A stretch of DNA of 64,000 nt from Eledone cirrhosa (GCA_964016885.1 OZ024749.1:34224001-34288000); one strand, 5' to 3'. Positions 43,084-57,588 are shown, numbered from the stretch's first letter. The notes: generated by a model from the sequence alone, not told the origin. Numbers and translations are program-made.

Positions 43084-43086
<3 letters not shown>
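42903..43086 (+). mobile_element. (TA)n-associated palindromic-head element, full copy
   Basis: Palindrome ATAGGAACCAGTAAGACCCCGACAGCTGAGCTCAAGCCGTTTCGACGGCT/AGCCGTCGAAACGGCTTGAGCTCAGCTGTCGGGGTCTTACTGGTTCCTAT plus tail. Confidence 0.82.
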
Positions 43087-43133
<47 letters not shown>

Positions 43134-43410
43134 GCATCTCTTTCACCAATCTATAGAATTCGATATTTTTTCTTCTGTTTATCAATCCTTTTTTCGCACT
43201 TCCACTGCCCACATTTACACTATTTTATGCATCCCAAGTGACACCCTTAATGCACACATTTTAAATTAGATTTGCTTTGAATCTTATTTTTAGAGTAAAC
43301 GTTGTTTTTCTATCCATGTTTATATATTCATATATGTTATTCAATCTATCGATCGAAATTTACTATTATCTAATCGATTGTACAATTTTCTTTTTATAAC
43401 ACACTCATTT

Positions 43411-43472
<62 letters not shown>

Positions 43473-43539
43473 ATTTATAGTTTATCGTCCTTTTTATTAT
43501 CACAATATATATAAATATAGTTTATCGTCCTTTTTCTTA

Positions 43540-43583
<44 letters not shown>

Positions 43584-43698
43584 GTTTATCGTCCTTTATA
43601 TTATTATAATATATAATATATATATATATATACACACAGTTTATCGTCCTTTTTATTATTACAATATATATATATATAGTTTATCGTCCTTTTTCTTA

Positions 43699-43744
<46 letters not shown>

Positions 43745-43763
43745 GTTTATCGTCCTTTTTATT

Positions 43764-43833
<70 letters not shown>

Positions 43834-44289
43834 GAATGAACATCATGGTTATGTAACAACAGCGAAATAAGTAAAGAAAGTAAAAATGTCTTACGGGAGT
43901 GAAAAACGTTGGTGAGTGTTTGGAGAACATCAGCGACAACAACAACAACAGTAACAACAACAACAACGAAAGCAGCATCTCTACCGCCAACTACGACAAC
44001 AACAATAACAACAACAATAACAATAACAATAACAACAACAACAATAACAACGAAAGCAGCATTTCTACCGCCAACTACAACAACAACAACAACAATAACA
44101 ATAACAACAACAACAACAACAATAACAATAACAACAACAACAACGAAAGCACAACGAAAGCACCATCTCTACCGCCAACTACAACTACAACAACAACAAC
44201 AATAGTAGTAGCAACAGCACCACCACCATCAACGACAACAGCAACAACAGGAACAATAACAACAATAGCAGCAGTAACAACAACAATAA

Positions 44290-44505
44290 TGGTTGCTTAT
44301 ATAGGCACAAGGCCAGCAATTTTTGGGGGGGAGGAGGGGAAAGTCGATTAAATCGACCCCAGTGCGTGACTGGTACTTTATTTTATCGACCCCGTAAGGA
44401 TGAAAGGTAAAGTTAACCTCAGCGGGATTTGAGCTCAGATTGGAAAGAGCCGTAGCTCTATGCGTCAAAGTATGGCGTGCGACCCTCTACCGATACTGCC
44501 AATCC
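44290..44505 (-). mobile_element. tRNA-derived SINE within (AAC/AAT)n
   Basis: Family consensus. Confidence 0.87.
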
Positions 44506-44901
44506 ATAATAATAGCAACAATAATAACACTAGCAACTGCAACAATAACAAAGATGTCATCAACATCATCATCAACAACAACGATGACAACGACAACCAC
44601 AACAATAACAATGTCAACAACAAAAGCCACAAACGTAGAACCAGTTATATATAAAAATAAAACAAAAATCTGATCATACCGTTCTTAATGATGAATGCAC
44701 CCACACAGAGGTTACACAGCGTCCTAGCCTCCGGTTATGTCAGGCATACAAATGTCCCTGTGATGCACCCACATTGAGGTGGTCTAGCACCCTGGCCTCT
44801 GTCTATGTCAGCCACATAAATGTTCTTGTGGAGACATGGTTGACGTGTTCCGACTTGATCAGCTCTCTTGTCACAATAGTCAGGTCAGGTCAATTCCCTC
44901 G

Positions 44902-45339
44902 ATCTTTGATACTTACATCCTACCAGTTCTGTTATAAGGTCTTGATTGTGTTAATTGGACGACGAGGTCACTTCAGAAGCTCTCTACATTCCAGAACCAC
45001 ATCATGAGACTTATGACTGACAAGCGGCTCAGCGACCGTATCTGTATCAGTGAGCTGCTCAACATTACCAGACTTAGACCAATTACATCAATTGCCAAGT
45101 CAAGAGTACTCAAACTATACGGTCATATAAAAAGATCAACTCTTGGTGTGAGTAGGTTATGCCTGGAAGGAAGGTTGGCTGGTAAGAGAATCAAAGGCCG
45201 GCAGCCAAAACGATGGCTTGATAATGTCAACTTATGGACGGGACTTGATCTTTGCTCTTTAAACTCTGCTGTTGGCGATCGAACTTTGTGGAGAAAAGAA
45301 TCTCATGTTGATGCGCAGTCTGCAACTGGCGGAGTTTAG
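44902..45339 (+). mobile_element. RTE-type LINE C-terminal fragment
   Basis: IFDTYILPVLL*GLDCVNW..FQNHIMRLMT..SRVLKLYGHIKR..LEGRLAGKRIKGRQPKRWLD. Confidence 0.82.
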
Positions 45340-45929
45340 CGAAGAAGAGAGAGTTCCCTCGAGGCGCTGCCTTGAACAACATCACCAGAAGAAGCCTTGA
45401 TTGCGACAGGTTTCCCATCCCCAATTCTGCCATTCCACCACCCTCCCGTGCCGTCAATAATGATGTTGATATTGTTAAACGTGTTTGATTTGGGGATTCC
45501 AAGATTACCAGATATATGAACAATGATACGAACTGATAAATTTGCTTTTTCATAAATTCATGGTTTACATAAGAGAAACCCTATAGTGAAAGTTGATTAC
45601 GGACACGTGGAAAATATTAAAGATATTTTAATTATTTATTTCTGGCATGTAATTATAATGATTTAATGATATATTAATGATTTCTTTCTAAGATATAATT
45701 ACATAAATGTTCAGCATATATGTATGTGCAACTGACATAGAGGATTAAATATAAGAGTAACTCAGGCGAAATAACTATTTAAAGGGACAAATATAGGGTT
45801 AGAATCCAGAACCTTGTGATTGGAACGTGAACTTCTTATTAGAGTAACATGACTAAGATAGAAAATATATTGTGTGTATATGTGTATGTTTCTGTGTTTA
45901 GATATTAAAGAATTAGGCGCATATATATA

Positions 45930-45961
<32 letters not shown>

Positions 45962-46344
45962 AAGAAGAAGAAGAAGAAGAAGAAGAAGAAGAAGAAGAAG
46001 AAGAAGAAGAAGAAGAAGAAGAAGAAGAAGAAGAAGAAGAAGAAGAAGAAGAAGAAGAAGAAGAAGAAGAAGAAGAAGAAGAAGAAGAAGAAGAAGAAGA
46101 AGAAGAAGAAGAAGAAGAAGGTGTGTTATAGTTGATTTAGAATTGTGTAATACAAGACATTTCATTCTGCTCTCTCTCTCTATCTATCTCACTCTCTCTC
46201 TATAGCTCTTTCTTATACATATTATATGTATGTATATATATATATATGTATGTATGTATATATATATATATGTATGTATATATATATATATGTATGTATG
46301 TATATATATATGTATGTATGTATATATATATATATGTATGTATG

Positions 46345-46375
<31 letters not shown>

Positions 46376-47107
46376 GTATGTATATATATATGTATGTATA
46401 TATATATGTATGTATATATATATGTATGTATATATATATGTATGTATATATATATATATATGTATATATATATGTGTATGTATATATATATGTATGTATA
46501 TATATATATATATGTATGTATATATGCATGTATGTATATATGTATGTATGTATATATGTATGTATATATATATATATATATATATATACATACATATATA
46601 TATATGTATATATATATCTATACATACATATATATATGTATATATATATACATACATACATATATATATGTATATATATATACATACATATATATATATG
46701 TATATATATATATATATGCACATACATACATGTATAATATATATATATATATATATTTATACATATATATATATACATACATGCATATACATATATATAT
46801 ATATACATACATATACATATATATACATATACATATACATACATATATATATATACATACATATACATACATATATATATATACATACATACATATATGT
46901 ATATACATACATACATATATATATATACATACATACATATATATATATACATACATATATATATATACATACATACATATATACATACATATATATATAT
47001 ATACATATGTATATATGTATATATATATATATACATAATCCATATATATATATAGAGAGAGATACATACATAGATATATACATATATACATACATATATA
47101 TATATAC

Positions 47108-47146
<39 letters not shown>

Positions 47147-47185
47147 CATATATATACATACATACATATATATACATACATACAC

Positions 47186-47219
<34 letters not shown>

Positions 47220-47260
47220 ATATATACATATATATACATATACATATACACACAGACATT

Positions 47261-47293
<33 letters not shown>

Positions 47294-47309
47294 ACAGGCG
47301 CACATGTAT

Positions 47310-47416
<107 letters not shown>

Positions 47417-47655
47417 TATGTATTCATGCTATCAGAAGGCACATAAGTAACCAAACAAACAGGTTATCACAACTGGATAAATGTATGATTATATGTTTGA
47501 ATGAATAAAGAATATGGAGACTTGTATTTACATATATTTTATTTTCCCCTTATTTGAGATTTGCTTCTCTACATTACAAATACTTCTTCGTTTATCTATA
47601 ATTCTAAAAACATGTAATGTGTTGCTTCTATATAGAAGAATGTAGGTGTAGTAAG

Positions 47656-47686
<31 letters not shown>

Positions 47687-48315
47687 ATGTATGTGTATGT
47701 GTGTGTGTATGTGTGTGTGCGTGTGTGTGTGTGTATAAACTTAAGCAAATTAAGAAAGGACAAGACAACGAACGGAAACAAAACAAAACGAAGAACAATT
47801 TTTTATGAGGAAACCTTAAAAAATATTTTTTCAAGATAAATATTCAAACGAAGGACACAGAACTCCATCGTCATCGGCCGTTGAGATCGATTTGGGCAGT
47901 TTCAACCCCTACCAACGTTACTGCTGATCCATCCGGTGTCACAGCGTCTGACATAAGCCAAACGCTGAGTAAAAGACGAAAGACGAAAATCATTAATGTA
48001 TAGCTGTTATGCTACAAAACACAGAATTTTATGTGAAGTCAGGGAAAAAGCCTGGTACTTCGTAGCACGAGACATGAATTAAACAAAGAAAGAAAAAAAA
48101 GGTCTATGTATGTATGTGAGGAGGGTGGTTTTGGACACCCTGCAGGACAAGAGACAAAACCTGACAAAGAGCGGAAGAACTCATAAAAGTCAACGACCAT
48201 CCAAAATTGTGTAAATATGTATATATCTATGTGTATATCTGTATATATGTATACATATGCATATGCATGCGCGGAGACATAGAAATAATCAGGCTGGATA
48301 TATGTATATGCAAGT

Positions 48316-48389
<74 letters not shown>

Positions 48390-48424
48390 ATAATATATAT
48401 ATTATATAATATATATAATATATA

Positions 48425-48495
<71 letters not shown>

Positions 48496-48938
48496 ATATT
48501 ATATATATATATATTATATATATATATATTATATATATATATCATATATATATATATATATTATATATATATATTATATATATATATTATATATATATAT
48601 ATATTATATATATATATATATTATATATATATATATTATATATATATATATTATATATATATATATTATATATATATATATTATATATATATATATATTA
48701 TATATATATATATTATATATATATATATTATATATATATATATTATATATATATATATTATATATATATATCATATATATATATATATTATATATATATA
48801 TTATATATATATTATATATATATATATTATATAAATATATATTATATATATATATATTATATATATATATATTATATATATATATATTATATATATATAT
48901 ATTATATATATATATATTATATATATATATATTATATA

Positions 48939-49021
<83 letters not shown>

Positions 49022-49022
49022 A

Positions 49023-49182
49023 AACGAAGGAATTGTGGTAAGGAACCAGATGAACCATAACGCACCAGAGTACTCAATACTTAGGGTAGTAGAGTGGATA
49101 ATAGGAAAAAGTAGACCCCAACGGCAGAGCTCAAGTCGTCGAAACGGCTTCAGTTCTGCCGTCGGGCCATACTTTTTTCCTA
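49023..49182 (-). mobile_element. (TA)n-associated palindromic-head element
   Basis: Shared tail plus TAGGAAAAAGTA..TACTTTTTTCCTA arms. Confidence 0.78.
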
Positions 49183-49493
49183 TATATATATATATATATA
49201 TATATGCGCGGGGACAGAAATAGTCGGGCTGGATACCCGATCGTGCGGTTAAGCCACTGGGAGTGACGGACCCCTAGCCTTTGTCATGCCATTCTTCTAG
49301 GAGAAGGCATCTCAGGAAACTGGGATAACTCCGATATAAAACCTGCGGCTCAGTAGTTACCGATGATGTTGATCTTTTCTTCTTTTCGGGTTATAGCTAC
49401 TGTCGCTCAGAGAGTGGGATTGGCTCAGTGCACAGTCTTTCCTCACTTTAGAAAAATCTTCACGCTCAGGCATTGCACGATAGAATTAATTAA

Positions 49494-49677
49494 TTGTTTC
49501 TACTTTAGGCACAAGGCCAGCAAATACCCAGTATATATATAAATACTGGTACTTTATTTTATCGACCCCGTAAGGATGAAAGGCAAAGTCAACCTCGGCG
49601 GGATTTGAACTCAGATCGTAAAGGGACGTAACTATGCTGGAAAGCATGGCGTCCGACCCTCTACCAATACTGCCAAT
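49494..49677 (-). mobile_element. tRNA-derived SINE
   Basis: Family consensus. Confidence 0.87.
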
Positions 49678-50742
49678 AATTAATAATTATTAATAATGCT
49701 ATATCGTGCAATGGCCATACTCGATTACGAGGGGGCAGCCATCATATACACTACATAAACATGTACATATACGAACATATATACATTACATATATATACT
49801 AATAACAACACTACACACATACTCACGCACACACACACATACATACTCCAATAAATGCACTACATTCGCATATATAAATACGAACATATGTATGCATTAC
49901 ATACATATACTAATACCAACACACTACACACACATACACGCATTCACACATACACACACATACACACACATACACATACACACATACTCACAAGCGCACA
50001 CACACATACTTAAACACGTACATTCAAACACACACTCAAACACACACACACACACACATACGGACATATACATATATATATATATTGCATACATATACTA
50101 ATACCAACACACTACACATACACGTAAATTCAGTCGCACGCGCAAACACACACGCACATACAGACACACACACACAGTCACGCACCACACGTGCACATAC
50201 ACACACACACACACGTACATTCAGTCGCATACACACAAACACACACGCACATACAGACACACACGTACATTCAGTCGCACACACACAAACACGCGCATAT
50301 ACAGACACACACACACAAACCCACACGTGCACATACATACACACACACATACACCCATACATACATACCCACGTACACACACATATACACACATACATAT
50401 ATATACACATATATTTCCCTATCATTCACAGATAAAGTTGTAAGAAGGTGATGGTCTTTGGTATTTAATTATGGCCAATTCTATACAAAAGGTACCACAT
50501 GTCTTGGATTCTGTTTCAATAGAGAACTTACCTCCTGCCAACAAATATTTGGTAGAAATCAATACAGTTTCTATATTTCCTGATATTCTTTAATAAAATG
50601 TCAGAAATAATGCTTTTGTTGTTGTTTTTTATGACGCAAGACCAACAATTAATTTAGAGAAGAGGGAAATGAATTATAAAATACCTCCAGTATTCGACTG
50701 GTACATATATGTATGTGTTTCATATATGTATGTGTGTGTGTA

Positions 50743-50811
<69 letters not shown>

Positions 50812-50856
50812 AAATGACAGGAGGCTGGACTTGTGTAAATCCTTGAAAGGTTTATT

Positions 50857-50915
50857 ATACTATGATCATTTCAATGACCGGGTTCCGTATGAATCCGGAG
50901 ATATCATCAGGGTAT
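50857..50915 (-). ncRNA. Type I hammerhead ribozyme
   Basis: Minus: atac(c)-CTGATGA-tat ct ccgg attc atac ggaac ccgg tc att-GAAA-tgatca-TA-gtat; near (TA)n. Confidence 0.7.
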
Positions 50916-51011
50916 TCGAAATATAATAAATGAATGTAATAGATAAAATCCATGGGGCTGAAAATCAAATTGACCAGCTCTATCCAGTGGTGAACCTTCA
51001 ACCCTGAATAA

Positions 51012-51077
<66 letters not shown>

Positions 51078-51394
51078 ATTCATTTCAAAAGTTGAATTCT
51101 TCTGAGCTGCTATTTCTAGCGGTCTTTTGTCAATTCACACCACCATGGGCTATAAAATGCACATGCCTTTCCTCTGTACCATGCGCGTTTTCTTAGTTAC
51201 CTGATATATTTTTTATAGAAGTGTTGACCATATTGCTAGGTACCTGCCAATGAGCTACATCTACAATATGGATTCTTCACTTATTATAGCGAAACACTCT
51301 TATTAGAGTTTGTCCGGGTGTTATGTGTTCATGACAGGTGCAATATGTCCGAACACAGAAGAGCCGAACTCCTACCGCCATCGCCGCCATCTTT

Positions 51395-51630
51395 CTCGCT
51401 CTCCCCATCACTCTGTATAGTGAAGAAATGGGGTCTCACGAGGTGGCCGCCCCACAGAATGGAGAAGGCGTTTCCCCGGAGGATGGTGAAGTAGATGCGC
51501 TGGAAGAGCCATTCCATCTCGCGAGGCTCACACCTGCAGTTGGCCAGCTCAGCGGTAGCCCAAAGGGTCAAGGACACCAGAAATCTCCACTGCCAAGGGC
51601 ACGACTGCAAACCTGTCGGAGAGCGACGAA
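51395..51630 (-). mobile_element. C-terminal remnant of a CRE-like (restriction-like endonuclease) non-LTR retrotransposon
   Basis: RSLSDRFAVVPLAVEISGVL (frameshift) CEPREMEWLFQRIYFTILRGNAFSIL, matching the P..VE..G / QR......RGNA end motif. Confidence 0.72.
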
Positions 51631-51761
51631 CGTATATATGTATATATATGTGTGTGTGGGGGGTGTATTTAAGTAAGTATGTAGCATCTATGTATGTTAT
51701 TATATATACACCTATATCCCTTCCCGTTTTCGCTTTTTTTATATACTACGCTCTTCTTTCC

Positions 51762-51961
51762 NNNNNNNNNNNNNNNNNNNNNNNNNNNNNNNNNNNNNNN
51801 NNNNNNNNNNNNNNNNNNNNNNNNNNNNNNNNNNNNNNNNNNNNNNNNNNNNNNNNNNNNNNNNNNNNNNNNNNNNNNNNNNNNNNNNNNNNNNNNNNNN
51901 NNNNNNNNNNNNNNNNNNNNNNNNNNNNNNNNNNNNNNNNNNNNNNNNNNNNNNNNNNNNN
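51762..51961. other. Assembly gap (200 N)
   Basis: Run of N. Confidence 1.
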
Positions 51962-52346
51962 TCCAAAAGAAGCAGATACACAGAAAAGAGAAAAACAAAA
52001 AAAAATAAATTCCCCTTTTATCACCTTATTTCTAATGAAATACACTGCAGTAATTTTCAAATAATTTGAAAAAAAAATCAAGAATTTATTAGTAATTTAG
52101 TATACAGTAACTACTCTGCATATAGCATCACCATTCCTGTTTTATGTGTATTTTCCATGTTTGCATAGGGAATAGATAAATTGTCATGGTGAGGCTAGAC
52201 TGTCAGATCAATTGGCTGTGTCTTGTTCTTTTATTCATAGACATTACCCCTTTCAGTGACAAAAATATACTGAAACATATTTCACCTCCCACCCCTTGTA
52301 TGCTATAAACATAGATATAGTTTAGTTTGTGAAGCAAGCTCTAGAC

Positions 52347-52666
52347 TAGCGGGTGTGCAACATATTCCATTGGCAGGCCACTTTTGAACATTGGAACAAC
52401 TATTAGGGCCATTAATATTTATTAAGCACTATTTCAAAGATTCACCACAACTTCTTTCCATAACATGGAACTGGGAAATTATAACACACATAACCCTATC
52501 AGTGAAACCCTTTAGTATAGGTCAACTAATAGAAAATTGTATTACGGTCACGAAAAAAGTTCTAAATAAGTGTAAAAGGTAAAAATTAAAAACGATCATT
52601 GCGGGCAAATCTGACTGGTCTGGCGGGCCGGATAGTGGCCCGTGAACCGCCTGTTGCACACCCCTG
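52347..52666. mobile_element. Non-autonomous hAT MITE
   Basis: Ends TAGCGGGTGTGCAAC / GTTGCACACCCCTG; TSD ctctagac / ctctagag. Confidence 0.85.
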
Positions 52667-52865
52667 CTCTAGAGAAAGTAAATAAAGCAACATTTATCAA
52701 AATATTTTATTAAATTCATTTTTAATAATATCGTGAAAAATGCAAAATATATATTAATGTGCAATCTCATGCTTCAGGTATTAAAATACCTAAAACAGCA
52801 CTAGCATTGAAGGAGTTAGGATTGCATCTAAAGATAGATAAGAGAGAAGATGAATTATTCATTAC

Positions 52866-53037
52866 CTTCTAATGATGTCTTTCTCTTTGACTTGAAGGTT
52901 ACCGTTGTCGGATTGATGGTGCATCTCTAAGAGAGCTGAGATAGCATCAGTAGAAGAATCATTGGTATAGGTGTTGGACTGGTCATCTGTCACATCATAT
53001 TCAAACCACTCATTGCTAGTCAGTGGCTGGCTGGAAA
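52866..53037 (-). CDS. EMSY: EMSY-like gene, putative downstream exon (ISSQPLTSNEWFEYDVTDD...AISALLEMHHQ); donor uncertain
   Basis: ttcag acceptor, phase 1 matches previous exon, open frame; donor aag/gtaat or alternative at 52903. Confidence 0.55.
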
Positions 53038-53084
53038 CTGAAACAGTTCAACAGAACAAAGTTAATGAATATAAGTAGCAGCAA

Positions 53085-54100
53085 GTGCCCACAAAATACT
53101 AGCTCTTTCAATTGCGCAGAGGGTTCTATAGAAATAGTGGACAGCTTCCGTTACCTGGGTGACAAAATCAGCAGTGGGGGAGGGTGCTCTGAAAGTACAG
53201 TAGCTAGAGTCAGAACTGGATGGAAAAAGTTCAGAGAGCTTATACCACTATTAGCCGCTAAAGGGTTCTCCCTAAAAATGAAAGGCAGGTTGTATGATGC
53301 CTGCATACGAACAGCAATGTTGCATGGCAGTGAGACCTGGGCATTGTGTGCAGAGGATATACGCAGACTAGAGAGGAACGAAGCTTGCATGCTCCGCTGG
53401 ATGTGTAATAGTAATTTACGTGAACGGCAAAGCATAAACGAACTAAGGGAAAAATTAGAAATAAGAGGGATCAGATGTTGTTTACTCGAGAGAAGGCTAC
53501 GTTGGTATGGTCACGTGATGCGCATGAAAGACGTCAGCTGTATAAAAAAGTGCAGGGCAATAAAGATAGACGGTAGCCATGGAGTAGGCAGACCCAGAAA
53601 AACCTGGGACAACCTGATAAATTCCGACCTCACACACTTACACCTCTCCAAGACAATGTCACAGGACCGAGATCTTTGGCGGTACTCAATAATAGAGAAG
53701 ACCCGCCTTGCCTAAATACAAAGTAAACCTACTACAGTCAGTAGGCATCTCTAACAAAATACGCCCCCATCACACCACCCCCACCCCATCCACACCGCCC
53801 CTTTCAATGTAAAGTTACGTTGGTGCCACAACATCCAGGCCGAAACAAATGAGATCGTGTAGGTGTCACGACAAAAAAACACACAGTCCACGCTGTAATG
53901 TGGCCGTGTAGGCAACACGGTAAAAACCTCCCAGTCCCACACTGTAAATGTGGTTGGTGTTAGGAAGGGCATCCAGCTGTAGAAAACCCGCCAGACAGTC
54001 CTATGCGAGCAAGACAACCACTCTTGCCTCAAGTGGGAAAACTCCCGTCCAAACCCATGCAAGCGTGGAACATGGACGTTAAACGATGATGATGATGATG
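53085..54100 (+). mobile_element. 5'-truncated RTE-clade LINE with intact RT C-terminus, 3' UTR and (GAT)n tail, antisense within an intron
   Basis: ORF to 53715: VDSFRYLGD, YDACIRTAMLHGSETW, RRLRWYGHVMR, GRPRKTW; 3' UTR GGTTGGTGTTAGGAAGGGCATCCAGCTGTAGAAA; tail GATGATGAT. Confidence 0.92.
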
Positions 54101-54102
54101 AT

Positions 54103-54180
<78 letters not shown>

Positions 54181-54998
54181 ACAGCATCATTGTTTAACAT
54201 CCATTTTCCATACTAGCAGGGATTAGATGAACTGTCCTATTGTGAGACAAGTCAGATCGGAGGACCATGTTTTGCTCACACAGAACTGATTTTAGCTTGG
54301 TTTCTATGGCTGGATGCCCTTCCCAATGGAAGGTGCTTTTTGTCATGACACCTACATGACTACTTTACAATGTGGACTGGGCACTCATTGTCGTCGAACC
54401 AAGATGACACGTTATAGTGTAGATTGGGGACTTGGGTGGGAGAGATGCATGGAGGTTATGGAGGTAGATCTGCATCAATTTCAAAAAAATTTGTATCACC
54501 ATCTCCTTATTATAAATACTATTAAAATAGTATTTATAACAAGGAGATGGCAAATAGGCATAGTCAATAGAATGCTGTATATAATACACTGTGGTATTTG
54601 TTTGGAGGCTTTGAGTTCAAATCCCACCATGGTCAACTTTGTTTTTCATCATTTCGAGGTCAATAAAGTTCCAGTCCAGTACTGGAGTCGATTTTTCCTC
54701 TATATATCTTGAGTGAAAGAAATTGGATGTGTTAAGACCTGGGTAGAAATGGGGTCTACCAGATTTAAAATGCCTCCAAAATGCTGCATGTCACTATGAT
54801 GCCCCTACGTCTCCACCAACAGTTATGGTTTATACATGCACATACATTTGTTACAAATGGTTCTGATATAAAATTTTTGCTGGAAGATTTTAATTTAAAT
54901 TGAAACTGTTTAAAACAGGTAACTTTCTTTTATAGAAGCAGAGCCAGTTTTGGGTGGGTTAGAATCAAAAAGGTTAAATATCAGAAGGGAAAGCTTAC

Positions 54999-55227
54999 TT
55001 TTAGTATGAGGTGTGCTAGGATGAAGCTGGTTGCCAGCTGAGATGATTTCCACTGGTTCATCACCAGCAATAGCAACATCTGTAATTGCTATAGCAGATG
55101 TTTGCTGTGAGTCAACAGGATGTGTGGTATCTGGCAGGATACCAGCTGCTTGAATGAGTTCTGCCAACAACGTAGAGGTCTTCCCACCAGAACTATCAGC
55201 ATCTGTAATTCGAGCTTGTTGCTGCCG
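54999..55227 (-). CDS. EMSY: EMSY-like exon (RQQQARITDADSSGGKTSTLLAELIQAAGILPD...TPHTK)
   Basis: tag acceptor, gtaagc donor, phase 0 to 1, open frame. Confidence 0.72.
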
Positions 55228-56323
55228 CTAGTCATATGACACAATATGGATGCCAGTGTTGAAAGGAAGAGAGAGAGAGAAAAAAAAGAATGAAATAAAT
55301 TAATATTTTCAAAAATCTATTTTATATTCGTGAAAAATAAAATATATTAATTTCTAAGTTGTATTTGCTTGGCAATTGACCATGTCATCATCATTATCAT
55401 CAACACCATTTAACATCTATTTTCCATGCTTACATGTATTAGACAGGCTGTCACATATTGTCAGGTGACATATTTTATCCAATTGTTTTGTTTAGGGCTT
55501 GGTTTTCTATGGCTGAATGCCCTTCCTAACACCAATAACTTCACAGAATGTACTTGGTGCTTTTTTTCGTGGCACTTGGGAAGTGTTTGTCTCGGCAAAA
55601 GTATGGTACCTTTTCAGGTGGACTGGGCACTTTTTATCATGATATTTGCCCCCCCCCCCCCCCCCCCCCATTTACAGGGTGGACCGCGTGTTTTTTTTTA
55701 ACATGTGTTGAAACTAAAGCAAATACAACTTCGAAGAGTCCTTTTCAAAAAGACACAAACACTTCACTTTACTTTTATTGTTTATTTTTTTGGTTAGCAG
55801 TTTTAGTATGGTTTTGAATGATTAAATGGTTAAAATGACTGCCATAATGTTTGTCAAATAAATTAATATTTTCAACATAAAAAAAACAAAACAATTTTAT
55901 CTTTTCAAAGAATATTTTTTTTAAAAATCTATTTTACATTCAGGAAGACTAGAATAAATTAATATACACTGTAAATGTGGTTGGTGTTAGGAAAGGTTTC
56001 AAGCTGTAAAATACTCGGCCAAATTTACTGTCCTCGTCGGAGCAAGGTACGGCGTGGCCAACTCTGGTCAGACTTGTCTCCCAGTGCAGATGACCCGTCT
56101 AACCCATTTAAGCGTGGAAAAATAGACACTTAATGTTGATGATGATGATATAAAAAATCTATATATAGTTTACATTTATGAAGAGTAAAATAAACTGATA
56201 TTTTCCCAAAAAACTATTTTACATTCATAAAGAGTAAAATAATAGCAATGATTTCCACAAGAGATAAAAGAAAACCGTTTTGTTAACAGCACAAAACAAC
56301 AACAACAGTAAAAGAGTAATGAC

Positions 56324-56440
56324 CTTCAATGATTCCGGAACTGTTGTTGTTACAATTATCTTTTTCTCTAAAGGAGACTTAGAAGATACTGGGCTACTCC
56401 CCTGGCGGGAATCGTGTTTATGAATGAAGCTTACAAGTTC
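56324..56440 (-). CDS. EMSY: EMSY-like exon (ELVSFIHKHDSRQGSSPVSSKSPLEKKIIVTTTVPESLK)
   Basis: Strong polypyrimidine-tttag acceptor, aag/gtc donor, 117 bp phase 0-0. Confidence 0.75.
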
Positions 56441-56892
56441 CTAAAAAGGGAAGAAAAAAAAAAGGAATAAATAAATTTGTGTAATTAGAATTGTTAACTC
56501 TTAGTATCCTGTAATGGTTTAGTAGAAAATATCTAAAAATGGGTCTGTTAATTCAAATGTCTGTAGTTTATTCGTTAGTGGGCAGATCATTGTAAAAAAT
56601 TTTAATGTGATGCTGTCATAATTCTACTTTATCCTATTACACAAATATCTTCACTAATTCATGCAGTACAGAACATTAAGAGTTAATGTGTGTATTGGAT
56701 TCTAATTAATATAATTGTATTGTATTGAAATTGTAACGCCTAATTTGAACACAGAGCTACCATTTTTGCAGCATTAGAACAACACAAGATATCTTGCTCT
56801 AAATTACTTCCCTCAAGTCTTCTTCCGATGAAAGAATTTTATTCCAAAATATAACAACTATAAAACAACTCCATGGTAAAATTATAATATCC

Positions 56893-57106
56893 AACCCTTT
56901 AGCATTTAAACCGGCTGTATCCAACCAGAATTCTCTCACCTCTTTCTGTTCAAACTAGCCATAACCAGCCACTCATACCAACATTAAGGAATTGTTCTCA
57001 AAATAACTAATATCAAAATCTCATAGATTCGATATTATGTGAGGTAAAGCCGTAACCACAAAAATACAATAGTAAATATAGAGTAATGAAAATGCTAAAG
57101 GGTTAA
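56893..57106. mobile_element. piggyBac-type MITE
   Basis: TIRs CCCTTTAGCATTT / AAATGCTAAAGGG-TTAA. Confidence 0.82.
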
Positions 57107-57155
57107 TGTCCTATTTCCATTGCTGTAGCCATCTAACAAGACATAATTTTCTATA

Positions 57156-57199
<44 letters not shown>

Positions 57200-57222
57200 A
57201 ATATTAAATGAATCCTACATAC

Positions 57223-57308
57223 CGTTCCTTTTGTGATGCTACTAGAAATTGGGATCGGAGATCTTTTATGAGGAGCTTTGGTCACCACAATGACATTAGG
57301 CCGACTTA
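57223..57308 (-). CDS. EMSY: EMSY-like exon (VSRPNVIVVTKAPHKRSPIPISSSITKGT)
   Basis: ttag/gtatgt splice sites; SRPNVIVV resembles vertebrate EMSY SKPNVIVV (from memory). Confidence 0.82.
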
Positions 57309-57444
57309 CTAAAGATAGAATGAAAAATAGGAATTATAAAAGAACTGAAAACAATAAATAAATAAAAGGCAGCTGTGTATTAAATAATTTTAATTTGTAA
57401 AATAGCAAATACAAAACAAATTAAGGAGTCAATTGTGAACTGAC

Positions 57445-57588
57445 CTGTTCCACCAGAGCTGGATTTAACAGCCGTTAGATGTAATGTCTTTGGATTGACA
57501 GTTACTACATTAGCTGTCTTAGTCGTTGTTATCACCTTTCCACCTTGGGCATTGATGTTGAGGATTTTACTGTTACCTGCCTGGCTCA
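57445..57588 (-). CDS. EMSY: EMSY-like exon (VSQAGNSKILNINAQGGKVITTTKTANVVTVNPKTLHLTAVKSSSGGT)
   Basis: cag acceptor (alternative in-frame acceptor 12 nt downstream), cag/gtcagt donor, phase 1-1. Confidence 0.78.

Noticed and set aside
43478-43770. Repeated AGTTTATCGTCCTTTT separated by variable segments
   Set aside because: Spacers are only (TA)n of varying length; compound minisatellite
45874-46165. Poly-Glu / poly-Lys / poly-Leu ORFs
   Set aside because: (GAA)n microsatellite
51495-52081. ORFs spanning X residues
   Set aside because: Artefacts of the N gap
53023-53084. N-terminal part of the 230-aa ORF
   Set aside because: Chance read-through into host intron/exon antisense sequence; RTE similarity starts downstream
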